Assembly: GCA_963781065.1 (NCBI GenBank) | Contig: CAWAET010000014.1 | Coordinates: 41,321-105,320, forward strand | Direction of reading: 5' to 3' | DNA length: 64,000 nt | DNA from: Thermoanaerobaculia bacterium | Lineage (GTDB): Bacteria > Acidobacteriota > Thermoanaerobaculia > Multivoradales > JAHEKO01 | Shown: in pieces, positions 53,533 to 63,007 of the stretch | Numbering within the stretch: the first letter of the stretch is position 1 | How the letters are laid out: every line of letters starts with the position of its first letter | The notes under the pieces: model-generated | Seen by the model: the letters and a program-made list of their open reading frames with translations, nothing else | Databases searched by the model: none | What the model was told of the DNA's origin: nothing | Made by a program: the position numbers and the translations under genes

Positions 53533-54945
53533 GTGTCCGAATCCAGCGACAGACACGGCTCGCGTCGGCTGGCCATCGGTCTGGCCGCGCTGGCGGCGTT
53601 CACCCTGCTGGTGATCGGCCTATTCGGCTGGCTGATCTTCCGTCAGCTGTCCGAGCGCGAGATCCGCCAGGCGCTGCTCGAGACGCAGGCCGAGGCCGAA
53701 AGCGTGGCCGAGCAGATCGCCGAAGGCGCGGTGCGCCAGGGCGGCGACCTCTACACCGTGGTTGCGGTGGAGCAGGAAGTGCGAACCTACGTCGATTCGC
53801 TCCTGGCGCAGCGCGAGCTGATCCAGAAGTTCGAGATCCGCGATCGCGAGGGCGTCCTGGTCTACTCCGGCTCGCGCGAGGACAGCATGCCGATCGGCGA
53901 CGGCAAGCAAGTGCCGATCCAGGAGGGCGGCGAGCTGGGGCCGAACATCCAGCAGATCGTCGAAGAGCGGCCCTTCACCTTCGACATCCCGTTGCCGGCG
54001 GAGCTCAACGTGCCGATCGGCGAGCTCGGGTTTCTGCGCGTCGGCCTCAGCCTGGGCGAGCTCGACCGGCGGGTCAGCGAGCTGCGCGTCGATCTCATCC
54101 GCACCACGACACTCATCGCCCTGATGACCCTGCTGTTTCTCTGCCTCGCCTACTGGATCGTCTGGCGCCTGTGGCGCAGTAGCAGGCGCCTCGAGGAGCA
54201 GGCGTTGGAGGCCGAGCGGATGGCCTACATCGGCACCCTGGCCTCGGGCCTGGCGCACGAGATCCGCAACCCGCTCAACTCGCTCAGCCTCAACATGCAG
54301 CTGCTGGAAGAGGAGATGGACGGCACGACGACCGACCCCTCGCGCTCGCGGCTGCTCAACATGACGCGCGACGAGATCGGCCGGCTGGAACGGCTGGTGA
54401 CCGACTTCCTGAGCTACGCCCGGCCGCCGGGGCTGGAGCCGGACGAAGTCGCGCCGCGGGAGCTGCTCGAGCGCTGCCGTGATCTGCTCCAGGTCGAAGC
54501 GACGGAGCACAACGCCCGGATCGCCATCGACGACGCCACCGACGGCCTGCGGGTGCGGGTCGACCGGGCGCAGCTCGGCCAGCTGTTCATCAACCTGGTG
54601 CAGAACGGCGTCGCCGCGGCGCACGAGGCCGGGAGGTCGCCGCGCCTCTCCCTGCGAGCGCTGAACCGCGGCGGCCGTGCCGTCTTCGAGGTCAGCGACA
54701 ACGGCACCGGGATCCCGGTCGCCGAGCGGGAGCGGATCTTCGACCTGTTCCACTCCAGCCGCAAGGGCGGCACCGGCCTCGGCCTGGCGATCGTCAAGCG
54801 GATCGCCCAGGCGCACGACGCGAGCCTGGAGGTCGACGGCGCGCCGGGCGAAGGCACCACCGTGCGGCTCATCCTGCCGATCGAGCGGACGGTCCAGCCG
54901 GCGCCGACTCCGGCCGCGCCGCTCGAGCCGTCGGTGTCGCGCTAG
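53533..54945 (+). CDS. Membrane sensor histidine kinase
   Basis: Two TMs; LASGLAHEIRNPLN, INLVQN, DNGTGI, GGTGLGL; start uncertain. Confidence 0.9.
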   Translation: MSESSDRHGSRRLAIGLAALAAFTLLVIGLFGWLIFRQLSEREIRQALLETQAEAESVAEQIAEGAVRQGGDLYTVVAVEQEVRTYVDSLLAQRELIQKFEIRDREGVLVYSGSREDSMPIGDGKQVPIQEGGELGPNIQQIVEERPFTFDIPLPAELNVPIGELGFLRVGLSLGELDRRVSELRVDLIRTTTLIALMTLLFLCLAYWIVWRLWRSSRRLEEQALEAERMAYIGTLASGLAHEIRNPLNSLSLNMQLLEEEMDGTTTDPSRSRLLNMTRDEIGRLERLVTDFLSYARPPGLEPDEVAPRELLERCRDLLQVEATEHNARIAIDDATDGLRVRVDRAQLGQLFINLVQNGVAAAHEAGRSPRLSLRALNRGGRAVFEVSDNGTGIPVAERERIFDLFHSSRKGGTGLGLAIVKRIAQAHDASLEVDGAPGEGTTVRLILPIERTVQPAPTPAAPLEPSVSR

Positions 54946-54966
54946 CTCGGGCCTGGCCTGGACCGG

Positions 54967-55128
54967 CTAGCCGATCAGCTCTTCGTACTGCGACTCGGTG
55001 AAGAACTGGTCGGTGTCTTCGTTACCGCAGACCGGGCAGAGCACCTCGATCAGCTCGCCCAACCGGAACTCGAAGTCGTAGCAGGGCGTTTCGCACTCGA
55101 CGCAGATCAGGTATTCCGGAGCTTCCAT
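54967..55128 (-). CDS. Small zinc-ribbon protein (53 aa)
   Basis: GGAGGG RBS; CVEC..PCY...CPVCGN; acidic. Confidence 0.65.
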   Translation of the reverse strand: MEAPEYLICVECETPCYDFEFRLGELIEVLCPVCGNEDTDQFFTESQYEELIG

Positions 55129-55991
55129 CGTCCCTCCGCCGGCACCGCCCGCGGCGGCCCGGTCCTCGAGCTCTGCAAGTCGCGGAAGGCCGCCGCCAGC
55201 AGCCGCGGCCGTTCCCACTGCAGGCCGTGAGCGCAGCCGGGCAGCACCACCAGGCGCGATCTGGGGATGGCGGCGGCCATGCGGCGCGCCGCCGCCAGCT
55301 CGAACAGGCCGTCGGCCTCGCCCCAGATGAGCCCCACCGGCTGCCGCAGGCTCTTCAGTTCCGCGTCGTCGTAGGCCTCGGCCTCCTCGGTCGAGGTCAA
55401 CACGTGCCGCACCGCGGCCGAAGAGTAGGCGGCGCGGAAGATGCGCCGGCCGGCCCGCAACAGCAGCGGGGTGCGCACGAACATCACGCGGTAGAAGCGC
55501 TCGACGTCGGCGAGGGTGTCGATCGTCACCAGCCGCAGGATCCGTTCCCAGTCCTGGTCGCGATAGCCGGCCGCGGCCACCAGCACCAGGCGCGACACCC
55601 GCTCGGGCGCCGCCAGGGCGGCGCGCACCGCGATCCAGGCGCCCAGGCTGATGCCGCCGAGGTTGACCGGCCGCTCGCCGAACGCGGTCCGCGCCAACTC
55701 CAGGATCGCCGCCGCGCCGCCGGCGACCCCCAGGCTGCCGCCCGGGCAGACGGTGCCGCCATGGGCCGACAGCTCGGGCACCAGGATCCGGCAGTCGCGC
55801 CGCAGCAGGGCCAGCGGCGCCCGCCAGCTCAGCGCCGTCGAGCCCAGGCCGTGGAGCAGGATCCAGGGCTCGCCGTCGGCGGGGCCCAACTGCCACACCT
55901 TGAGGTCCACCTCGCCCAGCCGGTGCCGGAGCGGGCGCGCGCCGAGCGGCAGCAGGGCGGCGGCGGTGGCGGTCGGCATCAGGCCCAGCAT
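55107..55991 (-). CDS. Alpha/beta fold hydrolase
   Basis: LLHGLG, GISLGA nucleophile elbow, IWGEAD, H near C-terminus. Confidence 0.85.
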   Translation of the reverse strand: MLGLMPTATAAALLPLGARPLRHRLGEVDLKVWQLGPADGEPWILLHGLGSTALSWRAPLALLRRDCRILVPELSAHGGTVCPGGSLGVAGGAAAILELARTAFGERPVNLGGISLGAWIAVRAALAAPERVSRLVLVAAAGYRDQDWERILRLVTIDTLADVERFYRVMFVRTPLLLRAGRRIFRAAYSSAAVRHVLTSTEEAEAYDDAELKSLRQPVGLIWGEADGLFELAAARRMAAAIPRSRLVVLPGCAHGLQWERPRLLAAAFRDLQSSRTGPPRAVPAEGRWKLRNT

Positions 55992-56128
55992 TGTCGGCCG
56001 GACCCTACCACCGTCGGCTGCCGCGGGCCGACGCGGCCTGGCGGCGTGGTTCAGGGCGGCGCGATTGACCCTTCGGCGCGCCCGTGCTAGCCTGACGACT
56101 TGCCGCCGGCGAGCGGTGGAGGAGAGTC

Positions 56129-56440
56129 ATGTACGCAGTCATCGAAACAGGCGGAAAGCAGTACCGCGTCGCCAAAGGCGACGTGATCGAGATCGAGCGC
56201 ACCGAGCTCGAGGGCGAGACCGGGATCGAATTCGACCGGGTCCTGATGGTGTCGGGCGACGACGGCGTCCAGGTCGGCGACCCGGTGGTCGGGAAGGCCA
56301 AGGTGACCGGCAAGCTGCTGGCAGAGATTCGCGGCGAGAAGCTGCTGGTGTTCAAGAAGAAGCGACGCAAGGGCTACAAGAAGCTGCGCGGCCATCGCCA
56401 GGAGTTGATGCGCGTCGAGATCGAGAAGATCCAGGCCTGA
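56129..56440 (+). CDS. rplU: 50S ribosomal protein L21
   Basis: MYAVIETGGKQYRV..GD...KKKRRKGY...GHRQ. Confidence 0.98.
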   Translation: MYAVIETGGKQYRVAKGDVIEIERTELEGETGIEFDRVLMVSGDDGVQVGDPVVGKAKVTGKLLAEIRGEKLLVFKKKRRKGYKKLRGHRQELMRVEIEKIQA

Positions 56441-56464
56441 CCGGCCGCGGAGGTAGCAGAAGTC

Positions 56465-56722
56465 ATGGCGCACAAAAAAGGCCAGGGTTCCAGCCGGAAC
56501 GGCCGCGATTCAAACCCCCAGCATCTGGGCGTCAAGCGGTTCGGCGGTCAGCGGGTCACCGGCGGCACGATCATCGTGCGCCAGCGCGGCACCCGCTTCG
56601 TGCCGGGTCTGAACGTCGGTCGCGGCGGCGACGACACGCTGTTTGCCAAGGCCGACGGCACCGTCGAGTTCCAGAAGAAGAAGCGCGGCACCTACGTTCA
56701 CATCCAGCCGGCTGTCGAGTAG
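56465..56722 (+). CDS. rpmA: 50S ribosomal protein L27
   Basis: [16 protein letters not shown]...LGVK.FGG...IIVRQRGT. Confidence 0.98.
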   Translation: MAHKKGQGSSRNGRDSNPQHLGVKRFGGQRVTGGTIIVRQRGTRFVPGLNVGRGGDDTLFAKADGTVEFQKKKRGTYVHIQPAVE

Positions 56723-56746
56723 CAGTCGGCTAGGGGGACCACCCCG

Positions 56747-57796
56747 CTGATCTTCCTTGACGAGGCCACCATCCGGGTCTGCGGTGGCCGCGGCGGCAAC
56801 GGCTGCACGGCCTTCCGGCGGGAGAAGTTCGTGCCCCGAGGCGGCCCTTCCGGCGGTGACGGCGGGCAGGGCGGCGACGTCTGGCTGGTCGGCGACGAGG
56901 GCATCAACACCCTCTACCACCTGCGCTTCCACTCGCTCTACCCCGGCGAGCGTGGCCGTCACGGCGAGGGGTCCAATCGCACCGGCCGCTCGGGCGTCGA
57001 CCGGCTGGTGAGCGTGCCGCTCGGCACCGTGGTGCGCGACGCCGACAGCGGCGAGCTGGTGGGCGAGGTGCTGACCGACGGCGGTCGGCTGCTGGCGGCG
57101 CGCGGCGGCCGCGGCGGCCGCGGTAACGCCCGTTTCGCCTCCGCCACGCAGCAGTCGCCGCGCCGCTCCGAGCCGGGCGGGGAGGGGCAGGAGCGGCGCC
57201 TGCGGCTCGAGCTCAAGCTGCTCGCCGACGTCGGCGTGCTGGGTCTGCCCAACGCCGGCAAGTCGACCCTGATCTCGGTGGTTTCCGCGGCCCGCCCCAA
57301 GGTGGCCGACTATCCCTTCACCACCCTGGCGCCGCAGCTCGGCGTCGTGGCCGACGGCTTCGAGACCGAGCCGTTCGTCATCGCCGACCTGCCCGGGCTG
57401 ATCGCCGGCGCCGCCGAGGGGGCGGGTCTGGGGCACCGCTTCCTGCGCCACGTCGAGCGCTGCCGGCTGCTGCTCCACCTGGTCGACCTGGCGGCTCTGG
57501 GCGATGCGGCCGAAGACCTGGCGACGGTCGAGGGTGAGCTGGCCGCCTTCGACCGGTCGCTGCTGGCCCGGCCGCGCTTTGTCGTCGGCTCCAAGGCCGA
57601 CGCGGGGCGCGAGGAGCGGCGTGAGGCCCTGCGGCGGGCCGCGGCGGACCAGCTCCTGCCCTACTTCGAGATCAGCTCCCAGACCGGCGCCGGGGTCAAG
57701 GCGCTGATGTCGGCGGCGCGGCGCGAGCTGGCGCGCATCGCCCCTGGCGGGGCTCCCCAGGCGCCGCCGCCGGCGGGCGCGGTTTCGGGCTGCTAG
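56747..57796 (+). CDS. obgE: GTPase ObgE; probable non-canonical (CTG) start
   Basis: FLDEA...GG.G..AFRREKFVPRGGPSGGDGG; LELKLLADVG..GLPNAGKST; YPFTTL.P; ADLPGLI. Confidence 0.95.
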   Translation: MIFLDEATIRVCGGRGGNGCTAFRREKFVPRGGPSGGDGGQGGDVWLVGDEGINTLYHLRFHSLYPGERGRHGEGSNRTGRSGVDRLVSVPLGTVVRDADSGELVGEVLTDGGRLLAARGGRGGRGNARFASATQQSPRRSEPGGEGQERRLRLELKLLADVGVLGLPNAGKSTLISVVSAARPKVADYPFTTLAPQLGVVADGFETEPFVIADLPGLIAGAAEGAGLGHRFLRHVERCRLLLHLVDLAALGDAAEDLATVEGELAAFDRSLLARPRFVVGSKADAGREERREALRRAAADQLLPYFEISSQTGAGVKALMSAARRELARIAPGGAPQAPPPAGAVSGC

Positions 57797-57834
57797 GCGC
57801 GCGCGAGCGGATAGACCGGGCAGAGGAGAGCACG

Positions 57835-58440
57835 GTGAAGATCGGCGTCTTTGGCGGCAGCTTCGACCCCTTCCACTTCGGCCACCTGTGGCCGGTGCGC
57901 GAGGCCAGGCGCCGGCTCGGCCTGGACCGGGTGCTCTACCTGCCGACTGCCAGCCCGCCCCACAAGCCGAAGGGTCAGGTTGCGCCGGCCTGGTCGCGGT
58001 TCGCCATGGTGGAGCTGGCGCTGCTGGGCGAGCCGGACATGCGGGTCTCGCCGATCGAGTTGACGCCGGGCCGCCCGGCCTACACCGTCGACTCGCTGGC
58101 CCGGCTGGGCCGCGAGCACCCGGGCGACGAGCTGTGGCTGATCCTCGGCGGCGACAACTTCGCCCAGCTGCCGACCTGGAAGAGCTGGCGGCGGCTGCCG
58201 CGGCTGGCGCGGCTGGCGGTGCTGGTGCGACCGGGGGCGCGGCAGCAGCTCGAGCAGGGCTGGCCGGAGGAGGTGCGCCGGCTGGCGGCGGGCGACCGGG
58301 TCGAGATCGTGGCCAACCGGCCGGTGCGGATCTCGTCCACCCGGCTGCGCCGGCTGCTGGCGGCCGGCGAGCCGCCGCCGCCCAGGACGGTGCCGCGAAC
58401 GGTGCTAAAGTACATCCGGAAGTACCGTCTGTATCGATGA
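57835..58440 (+). CDS. nadD: Nicotinate-nucleotide adenylyltransferase
   Basis: GVFGGSFDPFHFGHL, PPHK, YTVDSL, ISST.LR, YI....LY. Confidence 0.93.
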   Translation: MKIGVFGGSFDPFHFGHLWPVREARRRLGLDRVLYLPTASPPHKPKGQVAPAWSRFAMVELALLGEPDMRVSPIELTPGRPAYTVDSLARLGREHPGDELWLILGGDNFAQLPTWKSWRRLPRLARLAVLVRPGARQQLEQGWPEEVRRLAAGDRVEIVANRPVRISSTRLRRLLAAGEPPPPRTVPRTVLKYIRKYRLYR

Positions 58441-58820
58441 GTACCGAGCCCGCCAGACCGCTCGACATCCCCGCGCGCGTCGGCCGGGCCGTCTTGGCGG
58501 CCCTCGACAAGAAGGGGCTCGATCTGCGCGTCCTGCACCTCGAGCGGGTCACCGAGTTCACCGACTACTTCCTGATCTGCAGCGCCGGCAACCGGCGCCA
58601 GATCGAGGCGATCGGCGACAGCATCCAGGACAGCCTGCGCGTCAACGAGGCCGTTCGCCCGCTGCACGTCGAGGGCAAGGGCGGCGGCAACTGGCTGCTG
58701 CTCGACTACGGCGACTTCGTGGTCCACGTCTTCGACCCGCAGACGCGGGCCTTCTACGATCTCGAGCGCCTGTGGTCGGACGCGCCGGACGTGACCGGCG
58801 AGTTCCTGCAGGCGGGCTAA
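58437..58820 (+). CDS. rsfS: Ribosome silencing factor
   Basis: DKKG.D, TDYFLICS, W.LLDYGD.VVHVF...R.FYDLERLW. Confidence 0.95.
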   Translation: MSTEPARPLDIPARVGRAVLAALDKKGLDLRVLHLERVTEFTDYFLICSAGNRRQIEAIGDSIQDSLRVNEAVRPLHVEGKGGGNWLLLDYGDFVVHVFDPQTRAFYDLERLWSDAPDVTGEFLQAG

Positions 58821-59729
58821 GTGACCGGCGGGGCGCTCGACGAGCTGCTGGCGACTTCGCCGTCGCTGGCCGAGCCGCTGCGCGCCGCCGCCCGCGCGGC
58901 CGCCACCGAAGTGCCGATCTTGATCCTCGGCGAGCCCGGCAGCGGCCGCTCGACCCTGGCCCGGGCGTTGCACGCGGCGAGCCGGCGGGCCGGCGGCCCG
59001 CTGGTCGAGGTGGACGTGGCGGTGGGACCGCCGGCGCTGTTCGAGAGCGAGCTGTTCGGGCACCGGGCCGGCGCCTTCACCGGCGCGGCAGCCGACCGGC
59101 CCGGCCGGGTGGAGCGGGCGGCCGGCGGCACCCTGGTCCTGGACCACGTCGAGGAGATGCCGCTGGCGACCCAGGCCAAGCTCCTGCGGCTGGTCGCCGA
59201 GGGCCGCTACGCCCCGGTCGGCGGCGACGACCTGCCGGCCGACGTACGCTTCCTGGCCATCGCCGCGGCAGACCTCGAGCAGCGGGTCGAGAGCGGCGCC
59301 TTCCGCCAGGACCTCTACTACCGGCTCGAGGTGCTGACGGTCCGGCTGCCGCCCCTGCGCCGGCGGCGCGCCGACCTGGCGACGCTGACCGAGGCCCTGC
59401 TCGCCGACCTCGGTCAGCGCTTCGAGCGGCCGGGCCTCGAGCTCACCGCGGCCGCCCGCGGGTGGATGGCGCGCTATCCCTGGCCGGGCAACCTGAGAGA
59501 GCTGCGCAACCTGCTCGAGCGGGCCGTGCTCAGCCAGACCGGCAATCGCCTCGACCCGGCGCCGCCGCGGGGCGGGGCCGGTCGCCCGCGGACCCTGGAG
59601 GAGGTGGAACGGCGCGAGATCGAGCGCGCTCTGGCCTGGGCGCGCGGCCACCAGGGCCGGGCCGCGCGGCTGCTGGGCATCAGCCGCAAGACGCTATGGC
59701 ACAAGCGCCGGCGGTACGACCTGCCGTGA
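58821..59729 (+). CDS. Sigma54-interaction AAA+/HTH protein lacking a sensor domain
   Basis: GEPGSGRS, ESELFGH..GAFTGA, LDHVEE, FRQDLYYRL, WPGNLREL, AARLLGISRKTL. Confidence 0.85.
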   Translation: MTGGALDELLATSPSLAEPLRAAARAAATEVPILILGEPGSGRSTLARALHAASRRAGGPLVEVDVAVGPPALFESELFGHRAGAFTGAAADRPGRVERAAGGTLVLDHVEEMPLATQAKLLRLVAEGRYAPVGGDDLPADVRFLAIAAADLEQRVESGAFRQDLYYRLEVLTVRLPPLRRRRADLATLTEALLADLGQRFERPGLELTAAARGWMARYPWPGNLRELRNLLERAVLSQTGNRLDPAPPRGGAGRPRTLEEVERREIERALAWARGHQGRAARLLGISRKTLWHKRRRYDLP

Positions 59730-60943
59730 GTTGGCGACGGCTGGCGGCCGTGGCGCCGATCGTGGGCGCGCTGGCGGCGCCGGGCTGGGCGCTGGCGCCG
59801 CCGGAGAGGCTGCTCGCGGACGGGATGCGCGGCGCCGGCCTCGAGCGGGTGGAGAGGCTGCCCGGCGAGGTGGTGGCGGTGCGCGGCGCGCTGCCGGGAA
59901 GCGGCGGGCTTCGCGTGCTGCTCTTCGCCGGCTGCGGGCCGGGCGCCGCGGCGAGCCGTGACGCGGCCCTGCTGGCGGCGGCCGACCTGGCCAGGACACC
60001 GCGCCGGCACACGATCGAGCTCGTGCTGTGCGCCGCCGGCGGCGCCGGCCCCGACGCCGCGCGGCGGACGGCCGCCGCCTGGCTCGAGGCCCATCCTGCC
60101 GCGGCCGCCCGCGACGCCGTTCTCGCGGCCCTCCTTCTGGAGGTCGGCGACCGTCCCGGGGCGGCGGCCACCGGGCTGCTGGCGGCGGCCGGCGGCGACG
60201 CGGACCACCGCCTGGCGCCGGCCTGGCTGGCCCACGCGGCGGTTCGCGGCGCCCGTGCCGCCGGCGGCTCGCTGGCGATCGGCGATCCCGGCTGGCCGCT
60301 TCTGGGCCAGCTGCTGGGCCGCTACGGCCGGTCGCGCGTGCCCACCGGGGCCGAGCCCTTCCTCCTCGCCGGGGTGCCGGCGCTGGGGCTGACCGGCGGC
60401 AGCGAGGCTCGCTGGCCGGCGATCCTGGCCGGCATCGTTCGCCGGCTCGACGGGCTCGCCGGGCGGCCCCGGGACGACGACGCCTGCCTCGCCCTGGCGG
60501 GCAAGGTCCTCTCGCGCCGCGATCTCTACTGGCTGGGCCTGGCGGTCTGGGCGGCGCTGCTCGCCGGCGGCCGGCCGGGGGCGTGGCGCGGCGCTGGCAG
60601 CGGCCAGCGGCGGCGGCGCGGCCGGCGCTTCGCGCCGCGGTTCCTGCTCCGCATGGGCTTCCTCGCGGCGCTGCTGCTGGCGCCGGCGGCGACCCTGGTG
60701 CTGCTGGCGCTGCCCGCCCTCGTCAGCCTGGCGCCGCTGCGGCGGCCCGCGGCGGTGTGGCTGGGGCGGGCTCTCGCGGCGGCCCCGGCCGCCGTCTTCG
60801 CCGGCTACTGGGCGGTGGCGCTGGCCGCCGGCCGGGTGAGCCTGTGGCCGGCGCAGCCGCTGCGGCTGGCGCTGGTCGTCGCCGGCGTTGCCCTGGCCGT
60901 GGGCCTGGTCGGCCGGGAGCGGACCGGGCCGCCGGCGGGCTGA
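59726..60943 (+). CDS. Hypothetical exported/membrane protein (possibly degenerate M28-like domain plus C-terminal TMs)
   Basis: GTG overlapping upstream stop; signal-like N-terminus; several C-terminal hydrophobic segments. Confidence 0.55.
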   Translation: MSWRRLAAVAPIVGALAAPGWALAPPERLLADGMRGAGLERVERLPGEVVAVRGALPGSGGLRVLLFAGCGPGAAASRDAALLAAADLARTPRRHTIELVLCAAGGAGPDAARRTAAAWLEAHPAAAARDAVLAALLLEVGDRPGAAATGLLAAAGGDADHRLAPAWLAHAAVRGARAAGGSLAIGDPGWPLLGQLLGRYGRSRVPTGAEPFLLAGVPALGLTGGSEARWPAILAGIVRRLDGLAGRPRDDDACLALAGKVLSRRDLYWLGLAVWAALLAGGRPGAWRGAGSGQRRRRGRRFAPRFLLRMGFLAALLLAPAATLVLLALPALVSLAPLRRPAAVWLGRALAAAPAAVFAGYWAVALAAGRVSLWPAQPLRLALVVAGVALAVGLVGRERTGPPAG

Positions 60944-60979
60944 GCCGCACCGGCCGCGGCGGCGGCCGGCCGGGCCGGG

Positions 60980-62167
60980 CTACTCGCCTCGCGAGAGCTC
61001 GGTGAGCGTCGCGACCGCCCGGTCGCACTCCCGCTCGGTGTTGTAGAAATGCGGCGCCATGCGGATCCCGGCGCCGGGCCGGAAGTCACACAGGATCTGG
61101 CGCTCGATCAGCTGCTGGCAGAGGGTCTCGGCCCGCGGATGCCAGATCGACACGGTGCCGCCGCGCCGCTCGGGGTCGCGCGGCGTCCGCACCTCGAAAC
61201 CGGCGGTCTCGGCGGCAGCCATCAGGTGGCCGGTCAGCGCCAGCGAGCGACGGCGGATCGCCTCGACGCCGATGGCGGCCACGATCCGGTAGCCCGGCCG
61301 GCAGGAGTGCAGTGCCGGCACCGCGGGCGTGCCGGTCAGGAAGCGCCAGGCGCCGGCGGCGTAGCGTATCCGGCCGGGCCGGAAGGCGAAGGGCTCGCGG
61401 TCGGCCTGCCAGCCGGTGAGCCGCGGCTCGAGCCGCTCGGCGAGCTCGGGCCGCACCCACAGGTAGGCGGCGCCGGGACCGCCACAGAGCCACTTGACCG
61501 AGCCGCCGGTGGCCGCGTCGACGCCCCAGTCGGCCAGCGCCAGCGGCACCGTGCCGGTCGACTGGTAGGTGTCGAGCAGCAGCAGGGCGCCGACCTCGCG
61601 GCAGCGCGCGGCCACCGCCCGGGCGTCCTGGACGAAGCCGCTCTTGAACAGCACGTGCGAGATCGATACCAGCCGCGTGCGCTCGTCGATCGCCGCCAGC
61701 AGCCTCTCGCCGTCGATGGTCAGGCCCTCGGCCGAAGGCACCCGCACGATGTCGGCGCCCTTGGCCCGCTCGCCCTCGAGCAGGTAGAGCAGCGACGGGA
61801 AGTGGAGCTCGGTGGTGACGATCCGCGGCCGCTCGGGCGGGTAGTCGAGCGCCGACAGGAAGCCCGCCGCCGCCAGGGTGACGTTCTGGTGCATCGAGAC
61901 CTCGCCGGCGCCGACGCCGAGCACCGGCGCCAGCAGGTCGCCGGTCTCGACCGCGATCTCCCACCAGCCCTCGCCCCACGCCCGCACGCCGCGCTGGTCC
62001 CAGGCGTCGGCGAACCGACCCAGCTCGGCGCGCACGCCGCGCGGCATGGCGCCGAGCGAGTTGGAGATCAGATAGGTCGTCCGCTCGAGGATCGGGAACT
62101 CACGCCGCCATTCGAGCAGCTCGTGGTGGGGTGCGCTGGCCGGCGCCTCGGCCGGCCCCGCGGTCAT
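60980..62167 (-). CDS. Kynureninase-like PLP enzyme (aminotransferase class V)
   Basis: YLISNSLGAMP, W...GV.AW, D.YQS.G, GGSVKWLCGGPG, GW, RGGTV, D.RP..GIR.APHFYN. Confidence 0.85.
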   Translation of the reverse strand: MTAGPAEAPASAPHHELLEWRREFPILERTTYLISNSLGAMPRGVRAELGRFADAWDQRGVRAWGEGWWEIAVETGDLLAPVLGVGAGEVSMHQNVTLAAAGFLSALDYPPERPRIVTTELHFPSLLYLLEGERAKGADIVRVPSAEGLTIDGERLLAAIDERTRLVSISHVLFKSGFVQDARAVAARCREVGALLLLDTYQSTGTVPLALADWGVDAATGGSVKWLCGGPGAAYLWVRPELAERLEPRLTGWQADREPFAFRPGRIRYAAGAWRFLTGTPAVPALHSCRPGYRIVAAIGVEAIRRRSLALTGHLMAAAETAGFEVRTPRDPERRGGTVSIWHPRAETLCQQLIERQILCDFRPGAGIRMAPHFYNTERECDRAVATLTELSRGE

Positions 62168-62180
62168 CTCGCCCGGCCCA

Positions 62181-62957
62181 TCAACGGCCCTTCCACGCTG
62201 CCGGCCGCTTCTCCAGAAACGCGGCCACGCCCTCGGCCTTGTCCTCGGTGGAGAAGCAGAGGCAGAACAGGTCGCGCTCGTAGAGCAGGCCCTCCTCGAC
62301 CGCCATCCGCTCGCTGGCCCGCATCGCCTCCTTGGCGACCTTGAGGGTGAGCGGGCTCTTGGCGGCGATCTTGGCGGCCAGGGCCATCGTCGTGGCGCGC
62401 AGCTCGTCGGCCGGCGCGACCAGGTCCACCAGACCGATGCGAGCCGCCTCGTCGGCCGCGATCATCTCGCCGCTCAGGATGAGGCGCATGGCCTGACCGA
62501 GGCCGACCAGCCGCGGCAGGCGCTGGGTGCCGCCGCCGCCGGGGATCAGCCCGAGATTGACCTCCGGCTGGCCGAAACGGGCCCGGTCCGAGGCGACGCG
62601 GATGTCGCACGAGGCGGCCAGCTCACAGCCGCCGCCGAGGCAGAAGCCGTTGATCATGGCGATCACCGGTTTGGGGAAGGAAGCCATGATGTCGAAGACG
62701 CGCGGGCTGCGCATCGCCTCGCGCTGGTCGAACGGGGTGCGGCCGGCGAACTCGCCGATGTCAGCGCCGGCGATGAACGACTTCTCGCCGGCCCCGGTGA
62801 TGACCACCGCGCCGACGCCGTCGTCGGCCTCGATCTCGTCCAGCAGCGCCAGCATCTCGTCGCGCACCTGCTGGTTGAGGGCGTTGAGCTTGTCCGGCCG
62901 GTTGACGGTCAGCAGGGCGACGCGGCCCTCCAGCTCTTTGAGGACGGTTTCAGACAT
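62181..62957 (-). CDS. Enoyl-CoA hydratase/isomerase
   Basis: NRPDKLNALN, FIAGADI, GGGCELA, FGQPEVNLG.IPGGGGTQRL. Confidence 0.93.
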   Translation of the reverse strand: MSETVLKELEGRVALLTVNRPDKLNALNQQVRDEMLALLDEIEADDGVGAVVITGAGEKSFIAGADIGEFAGRTPFDQREAMRSPRVFDIMASFPKPVIAMINGFCLGGGCELAASCDIRVASDRARFGQPEVNLGLIPGGGGTQRLPRLVGLGQAMRLILSGEMIAADEAARIGLVDLVAPADELRATTMALAAKIAAKSPLTLKVAKEAMRASERMAVEEGLLYERDLFCLCFSTEDKAEGVAAFLEKRPAAWKGR

Positions 62958-63007
62958 GGGTCTCTCCTTCCGGCCCGGCAGCGGCACGCCGCCGGGCGAC
63001 GTTCAGG

